Source: a virus (taxonomy: Duplodnaviria > Caudoviricetes). Taken from it: a DNA stretch of 64,000 nucleotides. This document shows, piece after piece, positions 18,451 to 26,466 of this stretch. A model generated the notes under the pieces. That model did no database searches. It was given only the letters and a program-made list of their open reading frames with translations, and had not been told where the DNA came from. The stretch lies in the IMG/VR virus record IMGVR_UViG_3300017987_005475, positions 6,406 through 70,405 of that record. One strand, written 5' to 3'. The position numbers and the translations under genes are program-made. Positions within the stretch are counted from its first letter, which is position 1. Each line of letters opens with the position of its first letter.

Positions 18451-19033
18451 CTAGGAGGTCCGCCAACTTACCCAAAGCCCTGTAGAATTCCTCGCGCTTC
18501 TCTTGGCTTCTCATGTTCAGAGGACTTGTATGATAGAGCGGCAGAACCGGTTTGCCGTATTGCGGAGAATACAGCCTCTCGCCGTGTACCTTCGTGATGC
18601 CTCTCTGTCCCGTTATCTGCTTGAGCGCAGGACCACCCAGTGTGACAATGACAACTGGGTCAATCACAGCAACTTCTTTCTGCAGAAAATCTCGGCACAT
18701 AGATGTCTCTTCATCGGTCGGTCGTCGATTTCCTGGCGTAAAACAACGTACCGTGTTGGTAATGTAGAACGATGAGCGGTCGAGTCCCAACACCTCCTTC
18801 GTAGCCTTGTCGAAAAACGTTCCAGAGGGACCAACAAAAGGACGCCCTTGCTCCACTTCTCTAGCACCGGGATTTTGACCGACGACCATGATTCGGGCTT
18901 TCAGACACATATTGCTAAACACGTTACTGAGAAACTCGCCTTTCTTCGTCTGGATTAGTTTTCCACCAATTGCACAACGCCGACAATTGTGGCATTGACG
19001 TTCGAGGTCACACAGAGCCTTAGATTTATCCAT
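18443..19033 (-). CDS. Uracil-DNA glycosylase, family 4 (Fe-S type)
   Basis: CHNCRRC cluster ligands, IMVVGQNPG, GRPFVGPSG, YITNTVRCF, PLYHTS. Confidence 0.93.
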   Translation of the reverse strand: MDKSKALCDLERQCHNCRRCAIGGKLIQTKKGEFLSNVFSNMCLKARIMVVGQNPGAREVEQGRPFVGPSGTFFDKATKEVLGLDRSSFYITNTVRCFTPGNRRPTDEETSMCRDFLQKEVAVIDPVVIVTLGGPALKQITGQRGITKVHGERLYSPQYGKPVLPLYHTSPLNMRSQEKREEFYRALGKLADLLDG

Positions 19034-19040
19034 CAAATTT

Positions 19041-19081
19041 CCTCCGGGACTTGGTTATCTCATTATACCAACTAAGCCCGG
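19041..19081 (-). promoter_or_regulatory. TTGGTATAAT promoter inside a hairpin overlapping the UDG RBS
   Basis: Minus strand CCGGGCTTAGTTGGTATAATGAGATAACCAAGTCCCGGAGG; CCGGG/CCCGG arms, RBS GGAGG overlaps the 3' arm. Confidence 0.55.
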
Positions 19082-19091
19082 CATTTTGTAT

Positions 19092-20006
19092 CTATCCAAT
19101 ATTAACGCCAGCAGAAAGTGTGGACGTGCTAATCAATACGTCCAGTCCAGAAGTTGGGTCGTCAAACTCTCTTTCTATCTTCTCGCGCCTTTTTGGGGAC
19201 AATGATGCATTGTGAAAGGCACATGAGATGCCGTGTCCTTTCGCCGCTTGCGCCAGTTCCTTGCCAAAGCGTTTGCTGTGAACAAACGCAATAACCTTTT
19301 CTCCGGGAGACGCTTCACTGATTCTCTCAATCGCAGCCCTGAGTTTGCCATCCCAATCCGATTCGTTGGTAGTGAAAAACCTCGTGATAATCTTGCTCGG
19401 TCTCCAATCTCCACACGCCTTGATTGTGCGCTTGCCATTCAAACTCTTAACCCATCGCGCAACTTGCCCTGCATTGCTCATTGTTGCTGACAGTGTGATA
19501 ATCCGTGCGGTCGGGTTCGCTTTTGTAAACCGCATCAAGCCGACTTCGACACTTCCCCCGCGCCCTTTCTGACCAATCAAATGGGCTTCGTCAACTACCA
19601 CGCAACAGACTTCGGACAACCATCGCTTATGAGCGCAACTCCGCGTGCGAGCGTCAAAAGACTCCGTCGTCAATAATATCAACCGTGCCCGCTGCAACTC
19701 ATCCAGCGTGGCAACACGGTCACCTGTGCTCAAGGCAATTCCACGTTCGCACAGTCCGCTCCGGTTTATCCACCGACGGTATTTCTCGGCACTCAAAGAG
19801 CGATAAGGGGATAGATAGACGCACCTACCCGTCGAACAGCCTAAGTGATACCCAAAGGCTGCCTCGGCGATGGCTGTTTTTCCCGTCGCGGTTGGAAATG
19901 AAACCACCAAGTTTACGTCTGCTGCGACATATGGGATAGCCGCTTCTTGGGCTTTGTTGAACTCTGGGAATGAAAAACGGAAATATGGAAATTCACTCGT
20001 TCTCAT
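19092..20006 (-). CDS. Hel308/Ski2-like SF2 helicase, N-terminal half (motifs Q to V)
   Basis: FNKAQ, PTATGKT, YLSPYRSL, VVDEAH, LSATMSN, FVHSK, FHNASL, ends STSTLSAGVNIG-stop. Confidence 0.9.
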   Translation of the reverse strand: MRTSEFPYFRFSFPEFNKAQEAAIPYVAADVNLVVSFPTATGKTAIAEAAFGYHLGCSTGRCVYLSPYRSLSAEKYRRWINRSGLCERGIALSTGDRVATLDELQRARLILLTTESFDARTRSCAHKRWLSEVCCVVVDEAHLIGQKGRGGSVEVGLMRFTKANPTARIITLSATMSNAGQVARWVKSLNGKRTIKACGDWRPSKIITRFFTTNESDWDGKLRAAIERISEASPGEKVIAFVHSKRFGKELAQAAKGHGISCAFHNASLSPKRREKIEREFDDPTSGLDVLISTSTLSAGVNIG

Positions 20007-20493
20007 TGACTACCACGGCGGCTCTCTCAACCTCCTCCAGAACGAGTTCCACCAGGCTCCCTATTGCATCAGGACCTATCTCTGCCAGTCCGCCGGCGTC
20101 CCCTCTTGGACCGTTTGTTTCCACCTGTTCGCCGTCAATTAGCACGAAGACCTCACCATCAGCGTGACATCTTACCACCTCGCAGACAACAGGTGGTTCA
20201 TGATCACTCTCGAATGGATGGCTGTCTGCTGATTTTCCTTTCTCGGTGTCTTTTCGCGTTAATTTTCCGGATAGCGCCCGCAGAAACATCTCAAAGGGCT
20301 CCGGAAACTCCCCTTGTCCTTTCGCATACACACCGTCGTACATTTCACTAGCATTTCGTGTAGCCTCCCGACAATTCTTCATTACAAGGCATTTTCGACA
20401 TTCTTCATGATCCGATTCAAACGTCCTAAAGCAAGCCCCCATCGCAATGTTCTCGGTAAGATGCCTGTAGCCGTCCCCTTGCACTTCGGGCAT
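19993..20493 (-). CDS. Hypothetical protein with N-terminal four-Cys module
   Basis: CFRTFESDHEECRKCLVMKNC; overlaps helicase start by 14 nt. Confidence 0.7.
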   Translation of the reverse strand: MPEVQGDGYRHLTENIAMGACFRTFESDHEECRKCLVMKNCREATRNASEMYDGVYAKGQGEFPEPFEMFLRALSGKLTRKDTEKGKSADSHPFESDHEPPVVCEVVRCHADGEVFVLIDGEQVETNGPRGDAGGLAEIGPDAIGSLVELVLEEVERAAVVVNENE

Positions 20494-20517
20494 GCCGTCC
20501 CCCCTTCTCTATTGTTC

Positions 20518-21627
20518 CTAAAACCATTCTGCACCTAGTTTCTTTTGCAAAAACGGGAGCGCCTTGTTGTGAAACACAGACCTCAGCCGGCTCGGAGGAA
20601 CACTAATTTTCCTACCGACTTTCTTGCCCAGTTCCCTGACCATCGCGCGTAGGTTCCCAAAGTGTTCGGGCACAGCAAAACAAGGATCATCAGGATCGCC
20701 ATAGCGCTGCGTGATGCTTTCTCGCTCGCATGGCTTTCCAGCAATGAGTTCTCGAATCGCAGCACGCGCCTGTCTGAGAGTCGTTTCCCCTGAGAGTTTG
20801 CGAAACGATTCGTAGTGACCGGGCAACTCATAGCGTTCGGCGTCGGGATCGCCAAACAGAGCAACGATTTCGACTTTATGTTTCGGATAGGTGTCAATCA
20901 GTTCCCGAAGGGTCTCGCGAAAATCAATGTAAAAGTGCGAGCGAACAGCATCATCGTGGGTTCTGCCATAGTACGATACAAAGCGATGCTCATTCTCCTC
21001 GTCAACACCGTCGTATCTCGCTGAGCATGCTTCGGAGAGGCGACATTTGACACACTCGGGATGCGCGGGGTCATCGCAGTTTCCGAAACATGGCCATTCC
21101 TTGCTTTTCTTTTTCTTTTTGAAAACCCGAATCGGACGCGTAGTATAGCCCTTGTCAAAATTCTCATACGCCATCCGCGCTGTGCTTATGTCGCATTCGC
21201 CAGAGGTAACAGGAGTAGGATTGACTAACCGGTGCATTCTTTTGTGCCGCTGACGATGGAACCGCAGATGTCCTAGCCTCCTCCAAATAACGTTGCAAAC
21301 CCACGTCGAGAATAAGATCCGCTTCGGCTCCTCGCCTTGCTTTTGAATCTTTGGAGGATAGGGATGATACAAGGGCAATTTGCTCCACACGTGCGCGCAG
21401 AGGTCGTGCAACACATCGTGGTATTCTGCAGACGTATCAGAATGCCAGTGTCGTCCAATATACCGACAAAAGAGCCCCCTAATCGAGTCCCAAAAAAGAT
21501 CCACCATCCATGGCTCTGCCCATCCCTGTCCTACCGCAACAGCCAGGCTCTCGGGGGTAGCCGGGTATTTTCGGCTCCTCTCTTGCACGTGGGTTTTTTC
21601 AGACGACGCGCCGACGTGGCTGCTCAT
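20518..21627 (-). CDS. Putative phage sigma70-family factor with central Cys module
   Basis: Region-2-like DVLHDLCAHVWSKLPLYHP...FSTWVCNVIWRR; region-4-like C-terminus SRLRSVFHNKALPFLQKKL; GGAGG RBS before ATG 21627; TATAAT at 21695-21700. Confidence 0.55.
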   Translation of the reverse strand: MSSHVGASSEKTHVQERSRKYPATPESLAVAVGQGWAEPWMVDLFWDSIRGLFCRYIGRHWHSDTSAEYHDVLHDLCAHVWSKLPLYHPYPPKIQKQGEEPKRILFSTWVCNVIWRRLGHLRFHRQRHKRMHRLVNPTPVTSGECDISTARMAYENFDKGYTTRPIRVFKKKKKSKEWPCFGNCDDPAHPECVKCRLSEACSARYDGVDEENEHRFVSYYGRTHDDAVRSHFYIDFRETLRELIDTYPKHKVEIVALFGDPDAERYELPGHYESFRKLSGETTLRQARAAIRELIAGKPCERESITQRYGDPDDPCFAVPEHFGNLRAMVRELGKKVGRKISVPPSRLRSVFHNKALPFLQKKLGAEWF

Positions 21628-21707
21628 ATTCCCCTCCTCTTTAGGTCGCCGATTATCGGCACTCAGCACAGACATACTTCCCGTCAGAGGCAGCATTATA
21701 TCGATCT

Positions 21708-22793
21708 TCATCTACGGTTGCAATTGATTTCTGCTTTTTCCATAACTTTTCTGAGATCTTCTTCAGGAAGACTTTTCGGGTCATAACCCCATGGCGTGTT
21801 GAGTTTAACCGTTGGGAAGAATTCTTTCAACGACTCATACGCTTTTCGTTGAGCCTCGTATCCTGCAGAGTCCCCATCGAACATCAAGCCGACGCGACTG
21901 GGATTCGCCTCAGCCAGCAGCCTGATTTGCGCGGAATGCAATCTCGCTCCGTCTATCGCTACGCCGAAATATCCCAATTGTCGCAGTTTCATGACCTCCC
22001 TTGCACCTTCGGTCAACACGACGGCACAGCCACTCTGCAAATCGTCAAACCCAAAGAGATGTTCGGCACTCCGGAAATTCTTTGGGAACCGCGTCTTCTT
22101 GTAGTCTCTTTCTCCCAATGTCGGGTGTCGCTTGAGCCACGTGTCTTTGCCGAGAACGTCTATCGCAGTAAACCCGGCTAGCGTACCTCGATGAAAATGA
22201 GGAACAATTACGCGATCAGCATAGAATCCACTACGAATTTGCACACACCTGTATAAATCCACCGTCTCGCGCGTTATCAGTGTCGCCTTCTTGCCAGGAG
22301 GGTGCATGAAAAACTCATAGCCGGAGCGGTACATTCTCCCCGTCTCTATCCAGCGCTGCGCTAGTTCGATATCTGACGGCGGCTCTTTTTTCTCCGGCTC
22401 CGCCCGAACCAGTTTCTTCAATTTCACCTGGGCGCGGCGGATGTTGGCAACGCTCATATCCATACCTCCAGTCATCCATTCCGCTGCCTCTTTTGGGGTA
22501 CACTTGCGCAGACGAGACGCGACAAAGACCAAGTTCGACCCGCGACCCTCTGTAAAGCAGAAAGTCTCTCCCGTCTTCCGGTTCACAGTCCATTTCGGAT
22601 GCGATGGCTCCCGTCCCACAAACAGGCGATGATCCGGACACCAACCCCATGTCTGGTCTCCGCGTTCCCTGTCTATCCGTACCCCCAGTCCGTCCAGCAC
22701 GTCTCGCACCTCAACCCTGGGCATCAACCACTCGATATCTCGGAACGGCTCATTCTCCTCGTCGGTTTCTCTCGCCGGCTCTGGTCTGGACAT
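21708..22793 (-). CDS. DnaG-like DNA primase
   Basis: Zn-finger WCPDH...FCF, TOPRIM VLTEG and MFDGDSAG, DP motif. Confidence 0.88.
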   Translation of the reverse strand: MSRPEPARETDEENEPFRDIEWLMPRVEVRDVLDGLGVRIDRERGDQTWGWCPDHRLFVGREPSHPKWTVNRKTGETFCFTEGRGSNLVFVASRLRKCTPKEAAEWMTGGMDMSVANIRRAQVKLKKLVRAEPEKKEPPSDIELAQRWIETGRMYRSGYEFFMHPPGKKATLITRETVDLYRCVQIRSGFYADRVIVPHFHRGTLAGFTAIDVLGKDTWLKRHPTLGERDYKKTRFPKNFRSAEHLFGFDDLQSGCAVVLTEGAREVMKLRQLGYFGVAIDGARLHSAQIRLLAEANPSRVGLMFDGDSAGYEAQRKAYESLKEFFPTVKLNTPWGYDPKSLPEEDLRKVMEKAEINCNRR

Positions 22794-22890
22794 GTGATTC
22801 CCACCACGATCACGGTATTCTTGTATTCCTAACCGGTCTCAAAACCGAGATGCCGTCACTTTTTCTAGTTTTTTCGCAATCAGGAATGAT

Positions 22891-23913
22891 TTAATGCCGG
22901 AGATATCGTTGTTTCCGCTCGGGGTGAAACGCCGTAAACCTGTCGCTGCTCGTGTCTTGAGCAATAAAATCCAACGCCTCTGTCAGCCGCAAATCAGTAC
23001 GCGTCACTGCAGCCAAAACCATCGCTTCCTTCGTCATAGGCTTCACGTCCTGCCAGTCCTGTGAGACGATGGCATGGCGGATTCGAGACAGGGTCATTGG
23101 CTCCATCTTCTTCGTCTTGCCTACGCCCTCTTCGACCAACGCCAATGTCAAGGCTTTAACCCCCACCATGACACCAACATCGCTCTCTGTCGGTTGACAT
23201 CCATCCATGGCATACGCTTTTGTGGCTCCTATCCGGTGCAAGAGAGCCACTGTAAAACTAATCGCCATGGTCAAATCGTCAAAATCGTACTGCGACCCAA
23301 ATCCACCCATCAGATAGGCGACCTTGACAGTGTGCGATAAGAGCCCGCCAACCGTTCCATCGTGAATTCGATCACTGTTCGGAGCATTGAAAAAGTCATC
23401 GCGAAAAGCATCAGTAAAAACCGCCCCAAGAAGACGAGCACAAGTCGCGTCTTTTGCCAAACCACACGCCTCACCAACCCTCTCGATGTACTGATCGAAT
23501 TTCGCGATATCCGACTGCTGATTCGGTCCCACGACAACGTAGTTTGCCATCTCCGTTGCATCCGGTGGCTCGGATGGTTCGAGTTGCTGGGCTACTATCT
23601 GCGGCTTTCCCTGGTACTCTCCCACAGTTGCCAGGATAGCCACCCAGTCGCCATGCTTGAGCCCCTTGGCATCTCCCCAATGGCGTACAAAGGCTTCACC
23701 TGATTTATCCCGCAGTGTAAAGTCAGAGTAGATGTTGTTATTCCGGGCTACCTTCTCGAACGCCGCATGCACGTAATAGACGCCGGCAAAAGTGTCTCCC
23801 ACCTCCACGTGCTTAATCAAGACATGCTCATTCACAGTAACCGGCGTTTTCTCTTTGTCGGAAACAGCACCATTTGCCCTTGCTTTTCGCACTGCGTCTA
23901 GCGCACTTGACAT
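22891..23913 (-). CDS. YhaM/CBF1-like OB-fold + degenerate HD-domain protein
   Basis: OB fold (YSDFTLRDKSGE, YQGKPQI); GGLLSHT; HD motif reads LLHRIG; AGGAG RBS. Confidence 0.8.
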   Translation of the reverse strand: MSSALDAVRKARANGAVSDKEKTPVTVNEHVLIKHVEVGDTFAGVYYVHAAFEKVARNNNIYSDFTLRDKSGEAFVRHWGDAKGLKHGDWVAILATVGEYQGKPQIVAQQLEPSEPPDATEMANYVVVGPNQQSDIAKFDQYIERVGEACGLAKDATCARLLGAVFTDAFRDDFFNAPNSDRIHDGTVGGLLSHTVKVAYLMGGFGSQYDFDDLTMAISFTVALLHRIGATKAYAMDGCQPTESDVGVMVGVKALTLALVEEGVGKTKKMEPMTLSRIRHAIVSQDWQDVKPMTKEAMVLAAVTRTDLRLTEALDFIAQDTSSDRFTAFHPERKQRYLRH

Positions 23914-23949
23914 GGTTTTCTCCTCATTCGGTCTACCAACAGACAACAC

Positions 23950-23957
23950 ATTATACG
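23950..23957 (-). promoter_or_regulatory. Putative -10 element CGTATAAT with upstream A-tract
   Basis: Lies 37 nt upstream of the YhaM-like start. Confidence 0.5.
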
Positions 23958-23973
23958 ATGAAGTCACTATTTT

Positions 23974-24750
23974 TTACTTTTCGTCACAGAAAAATTCAGA
24001 AAACCACGTCTCCGACATCACTGTAGCGAAATAACGCTTGTAGTCTTTGCCAATTTTTCCCTGTACCGCATCTAACTTCACATGTACCCACCCGAGATAT
24101 CTATGCACTTGCTTGCTATCACACAATCGCTTGCAACGTTCATACATCCCTGGTTTCGCAGCAAACGACGACTTCCAGGTTTTTTGCACAGCCCATGGAT
24201 ATTGAGCATAGACTTCGAACACCGCTTGTATGGGTGCAAGTCGCTTTTTAGAACAAGAGGAGGAGGAGAGAGGACCGGCGCGGAGCGCCCTTCCTCCTCC
24301 TCCTTTTTTACCTATTCCCTTTCGTGTTTCTGTTTCTTTCTTTAGATCTATATCTGTTTCTATAGATCTAGACCGTGGTTGTTGAACAACCATGGTTGTT
24401 GAACTACCATGGTTGTTCAACAACACCGCCCTCGCAAGAGCGGTTTGTTTTTGTCGGTTTTTTTGTAGGTGCGCAAGGTGTTTTTCGCAGGCTACGGCAA
24501 CGGTTTTTTCATCGCCAAATGAGATACAAAGAGACCTGCCCGGCTGTCGATGTATGCTCAGAACGCGCAACTGCTCCAGGCGATGAACCAACCCCATAGC
24601 AGTTTTCTTGGAGAGACCGGCGTAATCTGCCAGTGCAGCCAAAGAAACGTGACAATAGCCTTCCAGCATGTGCTCGGCCACAGCGTAGACAACCTGCAAT
24701 TCTTTGCCGACAAAGCAAGGAAAAGCACGCGACACATACTCTGGAATCAT
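23974..24750 (-). CDS. Putative replication initiator (N-terminal winged HTH)
   Basis: HTH VSLAALADYAGLSKKTAMGLVHRLEQLRVL; basic low-complexity linker; immediately downstream of DnaB; internal iteron-like repeats. Confidence 0.6.
   Translation of the reverse strand: MIPEYVSRAFPCFVGKELQVVYAVAEHMLEGYCHVSLAALADYAGLSKKTAMGLVHRLEQLRVLSIHRQPGRSLCISFGDEKTVAVACEKHLAHLQKNRQKQTALARAVLLNNHGSSTTMVVQQPRSRSIETDIDLKKETETRKGIGKKGGGGRALRAGPLSSSSCSKKRLAPIQAVFEVYAQYPWAVQKTWKSSFAAKPGMYERCKRLCDSKQVHRYLGWVHVKLDAVQGKIGKDYKRYFATVMSETWFSEFFCDEK
24373..24423. repeat. Three 17-bp direct repeats with embedded palindrome; candidate replication origin
   Basis: CCGTGGTTGTTGAACAA / CCATGGTTGTTGAACTA / CCATGGTTGTTCAACAA; perfect palindrome AACAACCATGGTTGTT at 24385-24400; AT-rich flank about 24305-24372. 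Confidence 0.8.
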
Positions 24751-26456
24751 TTCTGCGCTGCCCTCTGCGCCTTAAGCCTAGCCAAGAATCCTCCCCTTGG
24801 CGACGTGGTATTTCTCTGGGGAGCGTTTGACGGCTTCTGGGAGACATCCTGTGCCAAGGGGGTTCCCTGTCTACCCTCGCCCGATTCCAATGCGTCAGGA
24901 GCCGTCCCTGGGCTTTTAGCAGCCTTTTTTGCCGGTCTTCCCTCTTCCACTACCGGGTCAACTTCTTCGTGGAGGGTCGCGGCTCGTTTGGTAGCCTCGG
25001 TGTGTTCCTCCAAAACTTCCCCAGCTTCTGCCTTGACGGTGTTTGGCAGGTTAGCGCCCCTACTCCACCACTCGTCCTCCACCGCGCCTGTTTTTACACG
25101 GTGCCGCAGTTCGAATGAAAACGTGGCTCCGTCACGCGATTTCAAAACCTCTGCCGTCCAAAACCGGTCACAATCTTCAACCGTCTCCCTTTCTCCGGAT
25201 TCGACTTGTGCTACATCATTCCCGTTATGAAGAATGCCAATGAATCCGTTAGCGGCATGTACCCGTCTTTTGGAACCGTACACGTTCAGTTTTCCGAAAT
25301 GACGACCTTTCTCCTGACGCTCCTCGACGACAGTAGCAGCCTGTGTTGCGGTTACCAGGGGCACATTCAAATCAATGCAAAGACCCTTACAATCCCACGC
25401 AACCTTCGCTTGCTCGTCGTTTTCACTCCATGTTTTTTTCATTGGCGCAAGATGGTCAAGATAGTCAAGGACAATCACATCAACGCGAAAACCAGCCTGC
25501 TCAATTTCCATAAATTGCTGATATATCTCTCCCACAGTGGCAAATTGCGGTATCTCTTTGATGAAAATTCGCCCATATCCATCGCCGCGCAGTCTCTCCA
25601 TTTCGTTACGCCACGCAATCAAGTCACCCTCTTCAATCGTGGCATTCTTGAATTCGAAATAATCTATCCCCGTGAAGAGAGACGCATATTTGAGATGTAC
25701 CTGGTCGCGATGTTCCTCATTAGTGACGTGCAAGACATTTCTGCCCGGTCGAATACGCTTGGTGGGGTCTGTCTCCTCCATGTCACCAAGCACGATGTTT
25801 TTGGTGAGTTGTTTCAAAAAGGTCGATTTTCCGACGCCTGTGACTGCAGCAATGAGCGTCATTTCCGCCTTAAAAAGACCACCTGTCTTTCTGTCAAACC
25901 GCTTAAACCCAGTAGAAATCCCTCCGTAAAGTTCCGGGTGTGCCTTTCGCTCTTGAATGAGTCCGTCAAGTACCGTGATGTCAGTCATTTCAACCATCGG
26001 CTTCTCAAGACCCACGCCAGAGTCAAGTCGCACCGATTCACTTTTCAGCACACCCGTAGCGCCAGAGATGTCTCCCTTCTCCAAGTATTCCAGAGTTTTG
26101 GTGCAAATATCCGTCACCGAGTCCATCTGCTGGCGCTCTTGCAGTTTGACGATGAGCGCATCAGGAGCCTCGGAGACGACCGATTGCTGAATCAGGGTCC
26201 ACTCCGTTAGATATCGGTCCCTTTCTTCGCTGTCGGTGGCATCAGGGTAATTTTTCGCCAACTCAGCCGCAAACAACTCATTGCTGATGACAGTAGGGGT
26301 CTGTTTGAAGAGGTCATAGCACATTGAAAAAATGGCTTTACGCAGCCCGGTAAACCAGACCATCTTGATGCGCATCATAAGTTGGCGCGCGACGAGTTTG
26401 TTGGTGGTGAGAACCTTCAAGAGATGGCGCTCAATTTCGGCAGTTTCAAACACCAA
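24747..26456 (-). CDS. dnaB: DnaB-like replicative helicase
   Basis: GISTGFKRFD, AAVTGVGKST, IVLDYLD, ATQ, KSRDG; Lys/Ala-rich C-terminal tail. Confidence 0.92.
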   Translation of the reverse strand: MVFETAEIERHLLKVLTTNKLVARQLMMRIKMVWFTGLRKAIFSMCYDLFKQTPTVISNELFAAELAKNYPDATDSEERDRYLTEWTLIQQSVVSEAPDALIVKLQERQQMDSVTDICTKTLEYLEKGDISGATGVLKSESVRLDSGVGLEKPMVEMTDITVLDGLIQERKAHPELYGGISTGFKRFDRKTGGLFKAEMTLIAAVTGVGKSTFLKQLTKNIVLGDMEETDPTKRIRPGRNVLHVTNEEHRDQVHLKYASLFTGIDYFEFKNATIEEGDLIAWRNEMERLRGDGYGRIFIKEIPQFATVGEIYQQFMEIEQAGFRVDVIVLDYLDHLAPMKKTWSENDEQAKVAWDCKGLCIDLNVPLVTATQAATVVEERQEKGRHFGKLNVYGSKRRVHAANGFIGILHNGNDVAQVESGERETVEDCDRFWTAEVLKSRDGATFSFELRHRVKTGAVEDEWWSRGANLPNTVKAEAGEVLEEHTEATKRAATLHEEVDPVVEEGRPAKKAAKSPGTAPDALESGEGRQGTPLAQDVSQKPSNAPQRNTTSPRGGFLARLKAQRAAQK

Positions 26457-26466
26457 GCAACCCTCT

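Noticed and set aside
18451-19091. Self-splicing intron or split intein in the helicase
   Set aside because: The insert is almost entirely UDG coding sequence, with about 55 nt non-coding, too little for an intron core. The halves have no intein N- or C-terminal residues.
19080-19094. TAG reassignment or readthrough explaining the split helicase
   Set aside because: Readthrough gives a non-helicase sequence that stops within about 22 codons. Many long ORFs end in TAG and are uninterrupted under code 11.
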